The notes below the pieces were generated by a model. It did no database searches. It saw only the letters and a program-made list of their open reading frames with translations, and was not told the origin of the DNA. This document shows, piece by piece, positions 56,812 to 64,000 of a stretch of DNA of 64,000 bases. Within the stretch, counting starts at the first letter, position 1. Every line of letters begins with the position of its first letter. The translations under genes and the position numbers were made by a program. The stretch is from Bacteroidaceae bacterium (lineage in GTDB: Bacteria; Bacteroidota; Bacteroidia; Bacteroidales; Bacteroidaceae), in the NCBI GenBank assembly GCA_017622495.1, contig JAGAQY010000006.1:424-64423 (forward strand), in the 5' to 3' direction.

Positions 56812-58625
56812 GCCAATGCTTTTAGTGCTTCTACGAAATAGGCATTGTCGGCCCGGTCACGGATGGCGATGCGTATGTATTGCTTACCTGCAAAGGCTGA
56901 CTTGGTGCCGCAGTCCTTGATGAGGATGTTGCATCGCTTCAGCAGCAGTTGGGTCAGTTCGGTGGCAGTATATCTATCGGTCACCTCACAGAGAAAATAG
57001 TTGGCCTGTGAGGGTATTACACGTAAGTAGGGTACGGCTTGCAGTTCCTCGAAGAAGATGTTGCGCTCCTTGATGAACTTATGGCAGGCAACGGTGTAGT
57101 CTTTCTCATACTTACCGAAGATCTGCATATAAAATTCGGCAAATGAGTTGATGTTCCATATCGCCACCTCCTTCTTCATGCAGGCGATTAAGGTCTTGTC
57201 ACCTGAGGCCAATACGCCCAAGCGAAGGCCGGGTACACCGTATGACTTGCTGATGGACTTCACCACTACCAAGTTACTATGTGCTTCCAGTATATGATTA
57301 TGGAGTAGCGAGTTGTTGGCAAAGTCGTCTGTAAAGTCCACGAAGCTCTCATCTACTATCATCGTGATGCCTCGCTCGCGTGCCCACTCAATCAGCGGCA
57401 GCAGGTCGGCCATGGTGATGAAGTTGCCCGATGGGTTGTCGGGGTTGATAAGGAGCAGGGTAGAGATGGCCTTGTCGGCAAAGTAGGTCTTGATGTCCTG
57501 TGCTGTATAGGCAAAGTCGGCATTGCCGGGCATGTATCTGACAATACGCTCCGCGATGGCGCGGTTGGGGTATTCCTCGAAAGTGGGGAAGATGATGCCA
57601 ATATTTCCCTCCACGTGGTTCACCACATAACTCTTGATGAGTTCGGCAGCACCATTGCCCACGACCACATAATCCTGATTGATGCCAAAATACTTGCCTG
57701 CCAACAGGGAATTGACATACATGCCTGAGGGGTATTCGGTGAGCAGCACGTCGAAGTTGGCGCGAAGCTCATCCTTCATCCTTGGGCTGGGATAGTAGGG
57801 ATTTACCAAATAGCAGTAATCCTTCAGCTGTGGGAAACGCCAGTACCCACCATAACGGCGGTAATATTTACGTAACAGATGCTCATCCTCGGCAAACATT
57901 GCTTCGGCAATGTCAAGATCCTGCACATCATCTATCTCGTACCACTTCTCCGTGGTGATGGGCAGTGCCTTCAGATCAGAACGATCAAGAGCGGTGAGCA
58001 CACGCAGCACTTGCTCGTAGTACTCATTGTTGCCCATAGCCTTGCTGTAGGCCTCCAGGAAGGGTACGTATTGGGTACATGAGAACTCACGGCTAAACTT
58101 ATAGATGTTACACGTCTTGTAGTAGTGCTCTATATCGGCATACTTGAAAGCCTTCTTCGGGATAAAGCTCATGATGTCGTTATCCTCAGAGATGCGCACC
58201 ATAGTACCATCCATCCAGGTCTCGTACTTGGCCACAAGGGCTAGGTTGGGATAGGGGTTGTGTATGATGAGATCGAGCATGCTGTCGTCAAAAATGAGGT
58301 CCGACTCCAGCAGCAGCGTATCCTCCTCGAGCATATACTCCTTGGCCAGGGCCAGGGAGTATATGTTGTTGGTCTTGTCGTAGATGTCGTTGTGTACGTA
58401 CTCTATCTTGATACGGTCGTCATATCGGTTGCCGATATGGGCAATGAGCTCTTCCTTCTTGTATCCTACTACGATGACCACACGTGAAAGTTCCCGTGCA
58501 GCCAATTGTGTCAGCATACGATCGATGAGGCGTACTCCATTGACTGATACCATGCATTTGGTGTTCTCCTTGGTGAGTTCACCAAGACGCTTTCCCATAC
58601 CTGCGGCCAATATGATTGCTTGCAT
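56808..58625 (-). CDS. bifunctional fusion: LicC-like sugar/phospho-amine nucleotidyltransferase (N-terminal) plus class I/II PLP aminotransferase or decarboxylase (C-terminal)
   Basis: The N-terminus AIILAAGMGKRLGELTKENTKCMV is the NTP-transferase signature. The C-terminus has the PLP-lysine context VVKSISKSYGVPGLRLG, plus NPDNPSG. Confidence 0.75.
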   Translation of the reverse strand: MQAIILAAGMGKRLGELTKENTKCMVSVNGVRLIDRMLTQLAARELSRVVIVVGYKKEELIAHIGNRYDDRIKIEYVHNDIYDKTNNIYSLALAKEYMLEEDTLLLESDLIFDDSMLDLIIHNPYPNLALVAKYETWMDGTMVRISEDNDIMSFIPKKAFKYADIEHYYKTCNIYKFSREFSCTQYVPFLEAYSKAMGNNEYYEQVLRVLTALDRSDLKALPITTEKWYEIDDVQDLDIAEAMFAEDEHLLRKYYRRYGGYWRFPQLKDYCYLVNPYYPSPRMKDELRANFDVLLTEYPSGMYVNSLLAGKYFGINQDYVVVGNGAAELIKSYVVNHVEGNIGIIFPTFEEYPNRAIAERIVRYMPGNADFAYTAQDIKTYFADKAISTLLLINPDNPSGNFITMADLLPLIEWARERGITMIVDESFVDFTDDFANNSLLHNHILEAHSNLVVVKSISKSYGVPGLRLGVLASGDKTLIACMKKEVAIWNINSFAEFYMQIFGKYEKDYTVACHKFIKERNIFFEELQAVPYLRVIPSQANYFLCEVTDRYTATELTQLLLKRCNILIKDCGTKSAFAGKQYIRIAIRDRADNAYFVEALKALA

Positions 58626-58649
58626 AGTTTATGCCATTATAATACACTT

Positions 58650-60710
58650 TTACTTCACCTCGCTTCCGGGCTTCACCTCACGCAGGAGCGATGTCACTGC
58701 CAGCGAGCCGTCGTAGTTCTCGGCGCTGAGGATCATGCCCTCGCTCACGAGGCCGTTCTTGAACTGGCGGGGAGCGAAGTTGGCGATGAAGAGCACCTGC
58801 TTGCCTACGAGCTCCTCGGGAGCGTAGTGCTCGGCGATGCCGCTTACGATGGTGCGGTCGGCGAGTCCGTCGGCAATCTTGAACTTGAGCAGCTTCTTCA
58901 TCTTGGGCACGCGCTCACACTCGAGCACGGTGCCTACGCGGATGTCGAGCTTCTCCCAGTCCTCGAACGATACGGTGGGCTTCACGGGATTGGCCTTGTA
59001 GTTGGCCGCCTCGTTGGCCTTTTTGATATCCTCGAGGCGCTGCATCTGCGCGTCGATGGCGCTGTCTTCAATCTTCTCGAACAGGAGTTCGGCCTTGCCG
59101 AGCTGATGGCCTGCAGCGAGCAGGTCGGTGCTGCCGAGCTGGTTCCACTCAAACGTCTCCATGCCGAGCATGCCGCGCAGCTTCTCGCTGCTGAAGGGCA
59201 GGAAGGGCTCGAAGGCGATGGCGAGGTTGGCAGCGAGCTGCAACGACAGGTTGAGGATGGTGCCTACGCGCTCCATATCGGTCTTGGCCAGTTTCCAGGG
59301 CTCGGTGTCGGCCAAGTACTTATTGCCAATGCGGGCGAGGTTCATGGCCTCCTTCTGTGCCTCGCGGAACTTGAAGGTGTCGAGCAGCTTCTCCACCTCG
59401 GCCTTCACGTCCATAAATTCGGCAACGGTAGCCTTGTCATAGTCGGTGAGCGCGCCACATGCGGGCACCTTACCGTCGAAGTATTTGTGTGTGAGCACGA
59501 GGGCGCGGTTCACGAAGTTACCATATACGGCCACCAGCTCATTGTTGTTGCGTGCCTGGAAGTCGCGCCAGGTGAAGTTGTTGTCCTTGGTCTCGGGCGC
59601 ATTGGCCGTGAGCACATAGCGCAGTACGTCCTGCTTGCCGGGAAAGTCCACGAGATACTCGTGGAGCCAAACGGCCCAGTTGCGCGAGGTAGATATCTTG
59701 TCGTCTTCGAGGTTGAGGAACTCGTTGCTCGGCACGTTGTCGGGCATAACATAGCCGCCGTGTGCCTTCATCATGGTGGGGAAGATGATGCAGTGGAACA
59801 CGATGTTGTCCTTGCCGATGAAGTGCAGCAGGCGTGTGCCCTCATCTTGCCACCACTTCTCCCATGTGCCCCACTTCTCAGGCTCGTTGTCGCACAGCTC
59901 CTTGGTGTTGCTGATGTAGCCGATGGGCGCATCGAACCATACGTAGAGCACCTTGCCGTCGGCTCCCTCTACGGGCACGGGGATACCCCAGTCGAGGTCG
60001 CGCGTCATGGCACGGGGCTGCAGGTCCATGTCGAGCCAGCTCTTGCACTGGCCGTACACGTTGGGGCGCCACTCCTTGTGACCCTCCAGTATCCACTCCT
60101 TCAGCCACTGCTGGTATTCGTTGAGTGGAAGGTACCAGTTTTTGGTTTCCTTGAGCACAGGAGTCTCGCCCGTCTCCTTGGAGCGGGGGTTGATGAGCTC
60201 TGTGGGCTCGAGTGCACGTCCGCAGCCCTCCTCGCATTGGTTGCCGTAAGCCTGCTTGTGGCAGTAGGGGCACTCACCCACCACATCGCGGTCGGTGAGG
60301 AATTTCCCTGTTTTCTCATCGTAGAACTGCATTGTTGACTGCTCTACCAGTTTGCCCTCATCGTAGAGCTTTCGGAAGAAGTCCGATGCAAACTTATGAT
60401 GTACGTCCGATGTTGTACGGCTGTATACGTCGAACGAGATTCCGAACTCCTTGAAGCTCTCCTTGATGATATTGTGATAGCGGTCCACTACATCTTGCGG
60501 CGTGATGCCCTCCTTGCGGGCACGCTGGGTCACGGGCACTCCATGCTCGTCGGATCCTCCTACGAAGAGCACCTCCTCGCCTTTGAGGCGGAGGTAACGC
60601 ACGTAGATGTCGGCAGGCACGTATACGCCAGCCAAGTGACCGATATGTACAGGACCGTTGGCATAAGGAAGCGCCGAAGTGACGGTCGTTCTCTTGAATT
60701 TCTTTTCCAT
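58650..60710 (-). CDS. metG: methionine--tRNA ligase with C-terminal tRNA-binding (EMAP-like) domain
   Basis: [15 protein letters not shown] (HIGH), Zn knuckles CPYCH...CEEC, and a KISTS variant of KMSKS. The C-terminal OB-fold tail is [23 protein letters not shown]. Confidence 0.95.
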   Translation of the reverse strand: MEKKFKRTTVTSALPYANGPVHIGHLAGVYVPADIYVRYLRLKGEEVLFVGGSDEHGVPVTQRARKEGITPQDVVDRYHNIIKESFKEFGISFDVYSRTTSDVHHKFASDFFRKLYDEGKLVEQSTMQFYDEKTGKFLTDRDVVGECPYCHKQAYGNQCEEGCGRALEPTELINPRSKETGETPVLKETKNWYLPLNEYQQWLKEWILEGHKEWRPNVYGQCKSWLDMDLQPRAMTRDLDWGIPVPVEGADGKVLYVWFDAPIGYISNTKELCDNEPEKWGTWEKWWQDEGTRLLHFIGKDNIVFHCIIFPTMMKAHGGYVMPDNVPSNEFLNLEDDKISTSRNWAVWLHEYLVDFPGKQDVLRYVLTANAPETKDNNFTWRDFQARNNNELVAVYGNFVNRALVLTHKYFDGKVPACGALTDYDKATVAEFMDVKAEVEKLLDTFKFREAQKEAMNLARIGNKYLADTEPWKLAKTDMERVGTILNLSLQLAANLAIAFEPFLPFSSEKLRGMLGMETFEWNQLGSTDLLAAGHQLGKAELLFEKIEDSAIDAQMQRLEDIKKANEAANYKANPVKPTVSFEDWEKLDIRVGTVLECERVPKMKKLLKFKIADGLADRTIVSGIAEHYAPEELVGKQVLFIANFAPRQFKNGLVSEGMILSAENYDGSLAVTSLLREVKPGSEVK

Positions 60711-60718
60711 TATAGTTG

Positions 60719-60738
60719 TAGTGTGTAGTGTTTAGAGT
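60719..60738. repeat. copy B of the GTGTAG/GTTTAGAG motif, 9 nt upstream of the metG start
   Basis: TAGTGTGTAGTGTTTAGAGT is identical to 16549-16568. On the metG coding strand it reads ACTCTAAACACTACACACTA, which contains no G. Confidence 0.7.
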
Positions 60739-60805
60739 TGATGGATGATGGTTGATAGAACCATCCTGATGGGATTTTTTCAGTTTTCAATTGTAATTGT
60801 GACAA

Positions 60806-62821
60806 TTACTTGCGCTTATCTTCTAATGAGAGGCTCTCGTTGCGGATGAATGTCATGGGCACAATCTCGAAGTAGTCGTGCATAAACTGTGCTTTACCGT
60901 CATCACCCTCGAACACGCTCTTGAAACGTATCCAATGCTCACCCTCCGAGAGATACTTGGTTGTTATCACCTTGCGTATGGTCGATGCCTCCTCGCGCAC
61001 GATGACCGAACCATTATACTTATATGTGGTGGGTGCCTTCATGTAACCACGGTTCTTCATCTCCTTGTCGTTGGCCACGCCATTGTCGTCAGTTTCAGAA
61101 TCTTTTACCCATCCTATCGAGGGGTGGCTTGCCGCAATTCTAAGGTCTACGGGTATGCCTGTCACTTCACCGTCTACATAGAACTGGATAATGTGTCGAA
61201 CCGTCTCAGACTGATATCCCATGCGTATCTCATAGGTGCCGGCTGGTACGGGCGGCAGTTTATATGCAAAGTCCAACGCACCCAGTGTCATCATCTCGTC
61301 GCCTTGGTAGTTGTGCCAGTTGGTATAAGGACACAGGTAGAAGTGCATGGTCTCCTCTGAGTATACCTCCATGTTGGTGCAGTAGTTGTTGGGGATATAT
61401 ATTTCTCCGGCATTCTTTCCCGCCTTGTCGCGGCTTCTCCAGCGGATGTCGTTATTGGTGAGCTCAGGGCACAATGTAGAAGCATCAAATCGGATGATAC
61501 AGTTCAGGATATTTCCTGCCATCTCATCTTCGTTATAAATGAGCACCTTATCGATGACGTTGATAGAGCCATTCAGTGCTTCAGGAGCAAAGTCCGTATA
61601 CAATGTATCCAGTGTGCGGAATTCGGCTGGGTCATATACCTTTACGTTCACGTGCTCGGCCATTTCGGGCAGGTTAGCTCCGTCGCGTGTGTAGTTGATG
61701 AGGTATGTAGACTGATACTTGGGGTTGCTGCGCGGCACGGTCACCTTCATCAGTCGATTGTTCATGGTCTCGTAAAACTCGTTTCGGTCAGAGTAGTTCA
61801 CGAGATTCTTCTCCGAATCGAAGTTGTTGAGTGCTATCTTGTAGCATGTGAGTCGCGAGTATGGCACTTTTTTGTTGATGAGGTGATATCCCACAAATTG
61901 GTTTAGTGGATTGTCCTTGCTTGTATAGGGGGCCGATGGGTCTGCATTGGGGTACCACTCGGCACTCTTGTCAATGAGGTCTTCGAGGGTGAATACACCA
62001 TATTTGTTAAACACTTGGTCACTCTCCACGAACGCCGTGAATCCGTAATATCTGTCGGCAGGATAGGGACAATATCCTTGCAACTTGATGTCGAGGTGCT
62101 GCTTGTCGCCATCGGTATATGTCTCGTCCTTGTAGAGCTGCATCATCTCATCATATCCAGTGAGCTCAAGAGCCTCACTGAAGATGCGGAAATATTCATG
62201 CTCCTTAACCTGTGTGGGTACCATGTTGGTCGAGGGGTTCAGTACACTGGCCAGGGTGTGTACTACACCGTTCTCCACCTCTTCGTCCTTTGCGATAATC
62301 TGCGCCGTTCCGTTGATGAGCAGCACGGCCATGTTGTTCTCGTCCACGTCGTATCCCAAGCTCAGGTAGCGGTCGTTCATATTCATCGTAGGTATAATGT
62401 CACCCTCCATGTCGGTGGTGAGGTATTGGTCGGCGAGGATATGCGTTTGCGATATAACCTTACACATCGAGTCTGACAGTTCACTCAACTCAGGCGATGT
62501 GATTCCCGTCCATATAGGGTCACCAGCAGCCAGCGTAGTCCAGTAGATGGAGTCCTGTTCATACAGGTAGCGTTCAATTGCATCGTTGGTGGGTGCAAAG
62601 CAGGTGTACTCGCCATATGCTTTCATCAGGCTCAGGCATTCGCCTCTGCGGAGTATCTCTATAAAACTGCTATAGATTTCCTCGTTAGACTCCAAGAATG
62701 AAGCTATCGTGTGTCCTACGAACGTGTAGCGTGCCTCTTCCTCAATACGCTCCTTACAACCGCAGAGTACCATCACGAGGAGCGCGAGCATGGCAATAGA
62801 TTTCGAGTTTAACTGTTTCAT
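60806..62821 (-). CDS. fasciclin (FAS1)-domain lipoprotein
   Basis: Trimmed to the ATG at 62821, which gives MKQLNSKSIAMLALLVMVLCGC, a lipobox. The FAS1 motif YTCFAPTNDAIERYL is present. A TAATTTTG box (reverse complement of 62881-62888) lies upstream. Confidence 0.6.
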   Translation of the reverse strand: MKQLNSKSIAMLALLVMVLCGCKERIEEEARYTFVGHTIASFLESNEEIYSSFIEILRRGECLSLMKAYGEYTCFAPTNDAIERYLYEQDSIYWTTLAAGDPIWTGITSPELSELSDSMCKVISQTHILADQYLTTDMEGDIIPTMNMNDRYLSLGYDVDENNMAVLLINGTAQIIAKDEEVENGVVHTLASVLNPSTNMVPTQVKEHEYFRIFSEALELTGYDEMMQLYKDETYTDGDKQHLDIKLQGYCPYPADRYYGFTAFVESDQVFNKYGVFTLEDLIDKSAEWYPNADPSAPYTSKDNPLNQFVGYHLINKKVPYSRLTCYKIALNNFDSEKNLVNYSDRNEFYETMNNRLMKVTVPRSNPKYQSTYLINYTRDGANLPEMAEHVNVKVYDPAEFRTLDTLYTDFAPEALNGSINVIDKVLIYNEDEMAGNILNCIIRFDASTLCPELTNNDIRWRSRDKAGKNAGEIYIPNNYCTNMEVYSEETMHFYLCPYTNWHNYQGDEMMTLGALDFAYKLPPVPAGTYEIRMGYQSETVRHIIQFYVDGEVTGIPVDLRIAASHPSIGWVKDSETDDNGVANDKEMKNRGYMKAPTTYKYNGSVIVREEASTIRKVITTKYLSEGEHWIRFKSVFEGDDGKAQFMHDYFEIVPMTFIRNESLSLEDKRK

Positions 62822-62934
62822 AGTGTTTTTTATTGATATAAATAGTTTCTTCTGAAAGGGTATAATTGCATATAATGCCACAAAATTACAAATAATTCTC
62901 ATACGATGGATTTTTTTCTCCGACAAACTTTATA

Positions 62935-62942
62935 TAATTTTG
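62935..62942 (+). promoter_or_regulatory. -7 promoter box (TAATTTTG) for the PNPOx-like gene
   Basis: Matches TAnnTTTG, 60 nt upstream of the ATG at 63003. Confidence 0.45.
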
Positions 62943-63002
62943 CGCTCTGTATCTTCGTGTCGTTAGTGAAACGGAGAAAAAATCTTCAATCCCCTAAAAG
63001 TT

Positions 63003-63395
63003 ATGAAGCGAGTTTACGATTTTCTCAAAGAGGCTAAGGTGTATTACTTGGCTACGTTTGATGGCGTTCAAGCCCGTGTGCGTCCCTTTGGCACCATCCA
63101 CCTTTACGATGGGCGCTTGTACATCATGACCAAGAGCGGCAAGCATGTGTCTGATCAGATGAAGCAATACCCACAGGTCGAGCTAACCGCCATGCGTGGC
63201 GACGACTGGATACGCGTCACCTGCTGTGTTACCCTCGATCCACGGCGCGAGGCCGTAGCAAGCATGGTCAATGCCCACCCGCACCTGGCTCAGTTCTATC
63301 GTGCCGATGATCCTGCTACTGAGGTCTTCTATCTTAGTCATGCTACGGCCATCATTTATAGCGATACTCCCACGCCGCTCACTATCACTTTCTGA
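63003..63395 (+). CDS. pyridoxamine 5'-phosphate oxidase-family (flavin-binding split-barrel) protein
   Basis: 130 aa with YYLATFDGVQARVRPFG and LYIMTKSGKHV, a pattern typical of small PNPOx-like proteins. Confidence 0.7.
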   Translation: MKRVYDFLKEAKVYYLATFDGVQARVRPFGTIHLYDGRLYIMTKSGKHVSDQMKQYPQVELTAMRGDDWIRVTCCVTLDPRREAVASMVNAHPHLAQFYRADDPATEVFYLSHATAIIYSDTPTPLTITF

Positions 63396-63416
63396 TTTTG
63401 ATGTGTCTATTTTTTA

Positions 63417-63449
63417 CGCCCTTTTCTACCGATGGAAAGGGCGTTTTTT
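63417..63449 (+). terminator. rho-independent terminator
   Basis: CGCCCTTT / AAAGGGCG stem, an 11-nt loop, then TTTTTT. Confidence 0.7.
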
Positions 63450-63674
63450 GCGTACATTACCACTCTTCTCTCACCTCTTTCCTTTCACTGCTCACAGCTT
63501 AAATGAGGTATAAATATCGGTCAAATGTGTGGTAATAATAATCCTATTTTCATTTTGCGTGCTCTACCTATTGGATTAATGACTATTTTTGGCATCAGCA
63601 AAGCCGAGTGCCGAGAACAATCATCTTGGTGCCATGTGATTACCGATATATTATTATATTGAAATGTAATAACC

Positions 63675-64000
63675 AATGAAGAGAATTATGAGAAAACTAC
63701 TTACCCCCGCAATGGCGGCCCTGTGCCTGCTGATGGCAAGCATGCCGCTTCGTGCCTTCGATGAGGTATCACCCCAGAGTGGTGTCATCACCTTTGCCGA
63801 TGCCGATGGCGCGGCATTGTCAGCATCTAAGGCAATAGTACCCGATAAGATGATCATTAAGGGTACTGGTACAGAGATGACCCTAAAGGTCAATACCATG
63901 GGGCTATTACAAGATGTCAGTTTAAAGGTCACTAGTGGATTTGCTGTGAGACCAGAAGTGATTCCTGCAGGAATAGATGAAGAGGTTACAGTCACCGTTA
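63675..64000 (+). CDS. secreted protein, 5' partial (runs off the window)
   Basis: My own translation gives MKRIMRKLLTPAMAALCLLMASMPLRAFDEVSPQSG... A clear signal peptide is present and the frame stays open to position 64000. This is preferred over the antisense track ORF 63654..63995. Confidence 0.5.

Noticed and set aside
58620-60338. 572-aa + strand ORF opposite metG.
   Set aside because: The translation is a repetitive L/V/G/E/H-rich string typical of the antisense of a GC3-rich gene. metG on the minus strand has HIGH/KMSKS-type motifs and Zn knuckles.
63654-63995. 113-aa minus-strand track ORF at the right edge of the window.
   Set aside because: The + strand frame from ATG 63675 encodes a textbook signal peptide and stays open to the window end. 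The minus-strand translation is S/T/I-rich and featureless.
1-64000. Search for tRNA, rRNA, CRISPR, transposase or integrase genes, and defence or toxin-antitoxin modules.
   Set aside because: No intergenic region shows tRNA-like GTTCGAATC/T-loop features or rRNA-like sequence. No ORF shows DDE, tyrosine-recombinase or serine-recombinase motifs. No ORF shows the paired small-gene or NTPase/nuclease signatures of defence systems. Absence was judged by eye only.

Overview
This is a chromosomal window from a Bacteroidales bacterium, probably Prevotellaceae-like. Supporting signs are T9SS C-terminal sorting domains, the DUF3575/DUF4861/DUF4294 families, TAnnTTTG -7 promoter boxes and Ala-Gln signal-peptide cleavage sites. 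About 50 genes are supportable.

Gene content:
- Housekeeping: acpP, rnc, cysS, metG, secDF, rubrerythrin, SufE.
- Envelope: PBP4, lytic transglycosylase, two rhomboids, glutaminyl cyclase.
- Pectin and rhamnogalacturonan use: kduI-kduD-DUF4861, PL11 lyase, rhaM.
- Two large T9SS-sorted surface proteins.
- A four-gene outer-membrane cluster (28.7-35.4 kb).
- A roughly 12-kb minus-strand glycan locus (46.6-58.6 kb) that directly abuts metG.

I found no rRNA, tRNA, CRISPR array, transposase, integrase or recognisable defence-system hallmark.

Most interesting observations:
1. A roughly 460-bp segment flanked by inverted repeats splits the glycan locus. A third repeat copy lies at window position 1. 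This is a candidate invertible switch or MITE.
2. Inside that segment, four CACCGCGGTG palindromes are spaced exactly 22 bp apart.
3. The DUF3575/DUF3575/OmpA-like/957-aa operon has no fimbrillin genes. Its last protein is built from five tandem small-beta-barrel modules.
4. A nucleotidyltransferase-aminotransferase fusion, an opine-dehydrogenase-like gene and a LicD gene suggest an uncharacterised phospho-amine or phosphonate glycan decoration.
5. A NUDIX gene and the adjacent outer-membrane cluster have a visibly different synonymous codon preference.

All functional calls come from motif recognition by eye. No database search was run.
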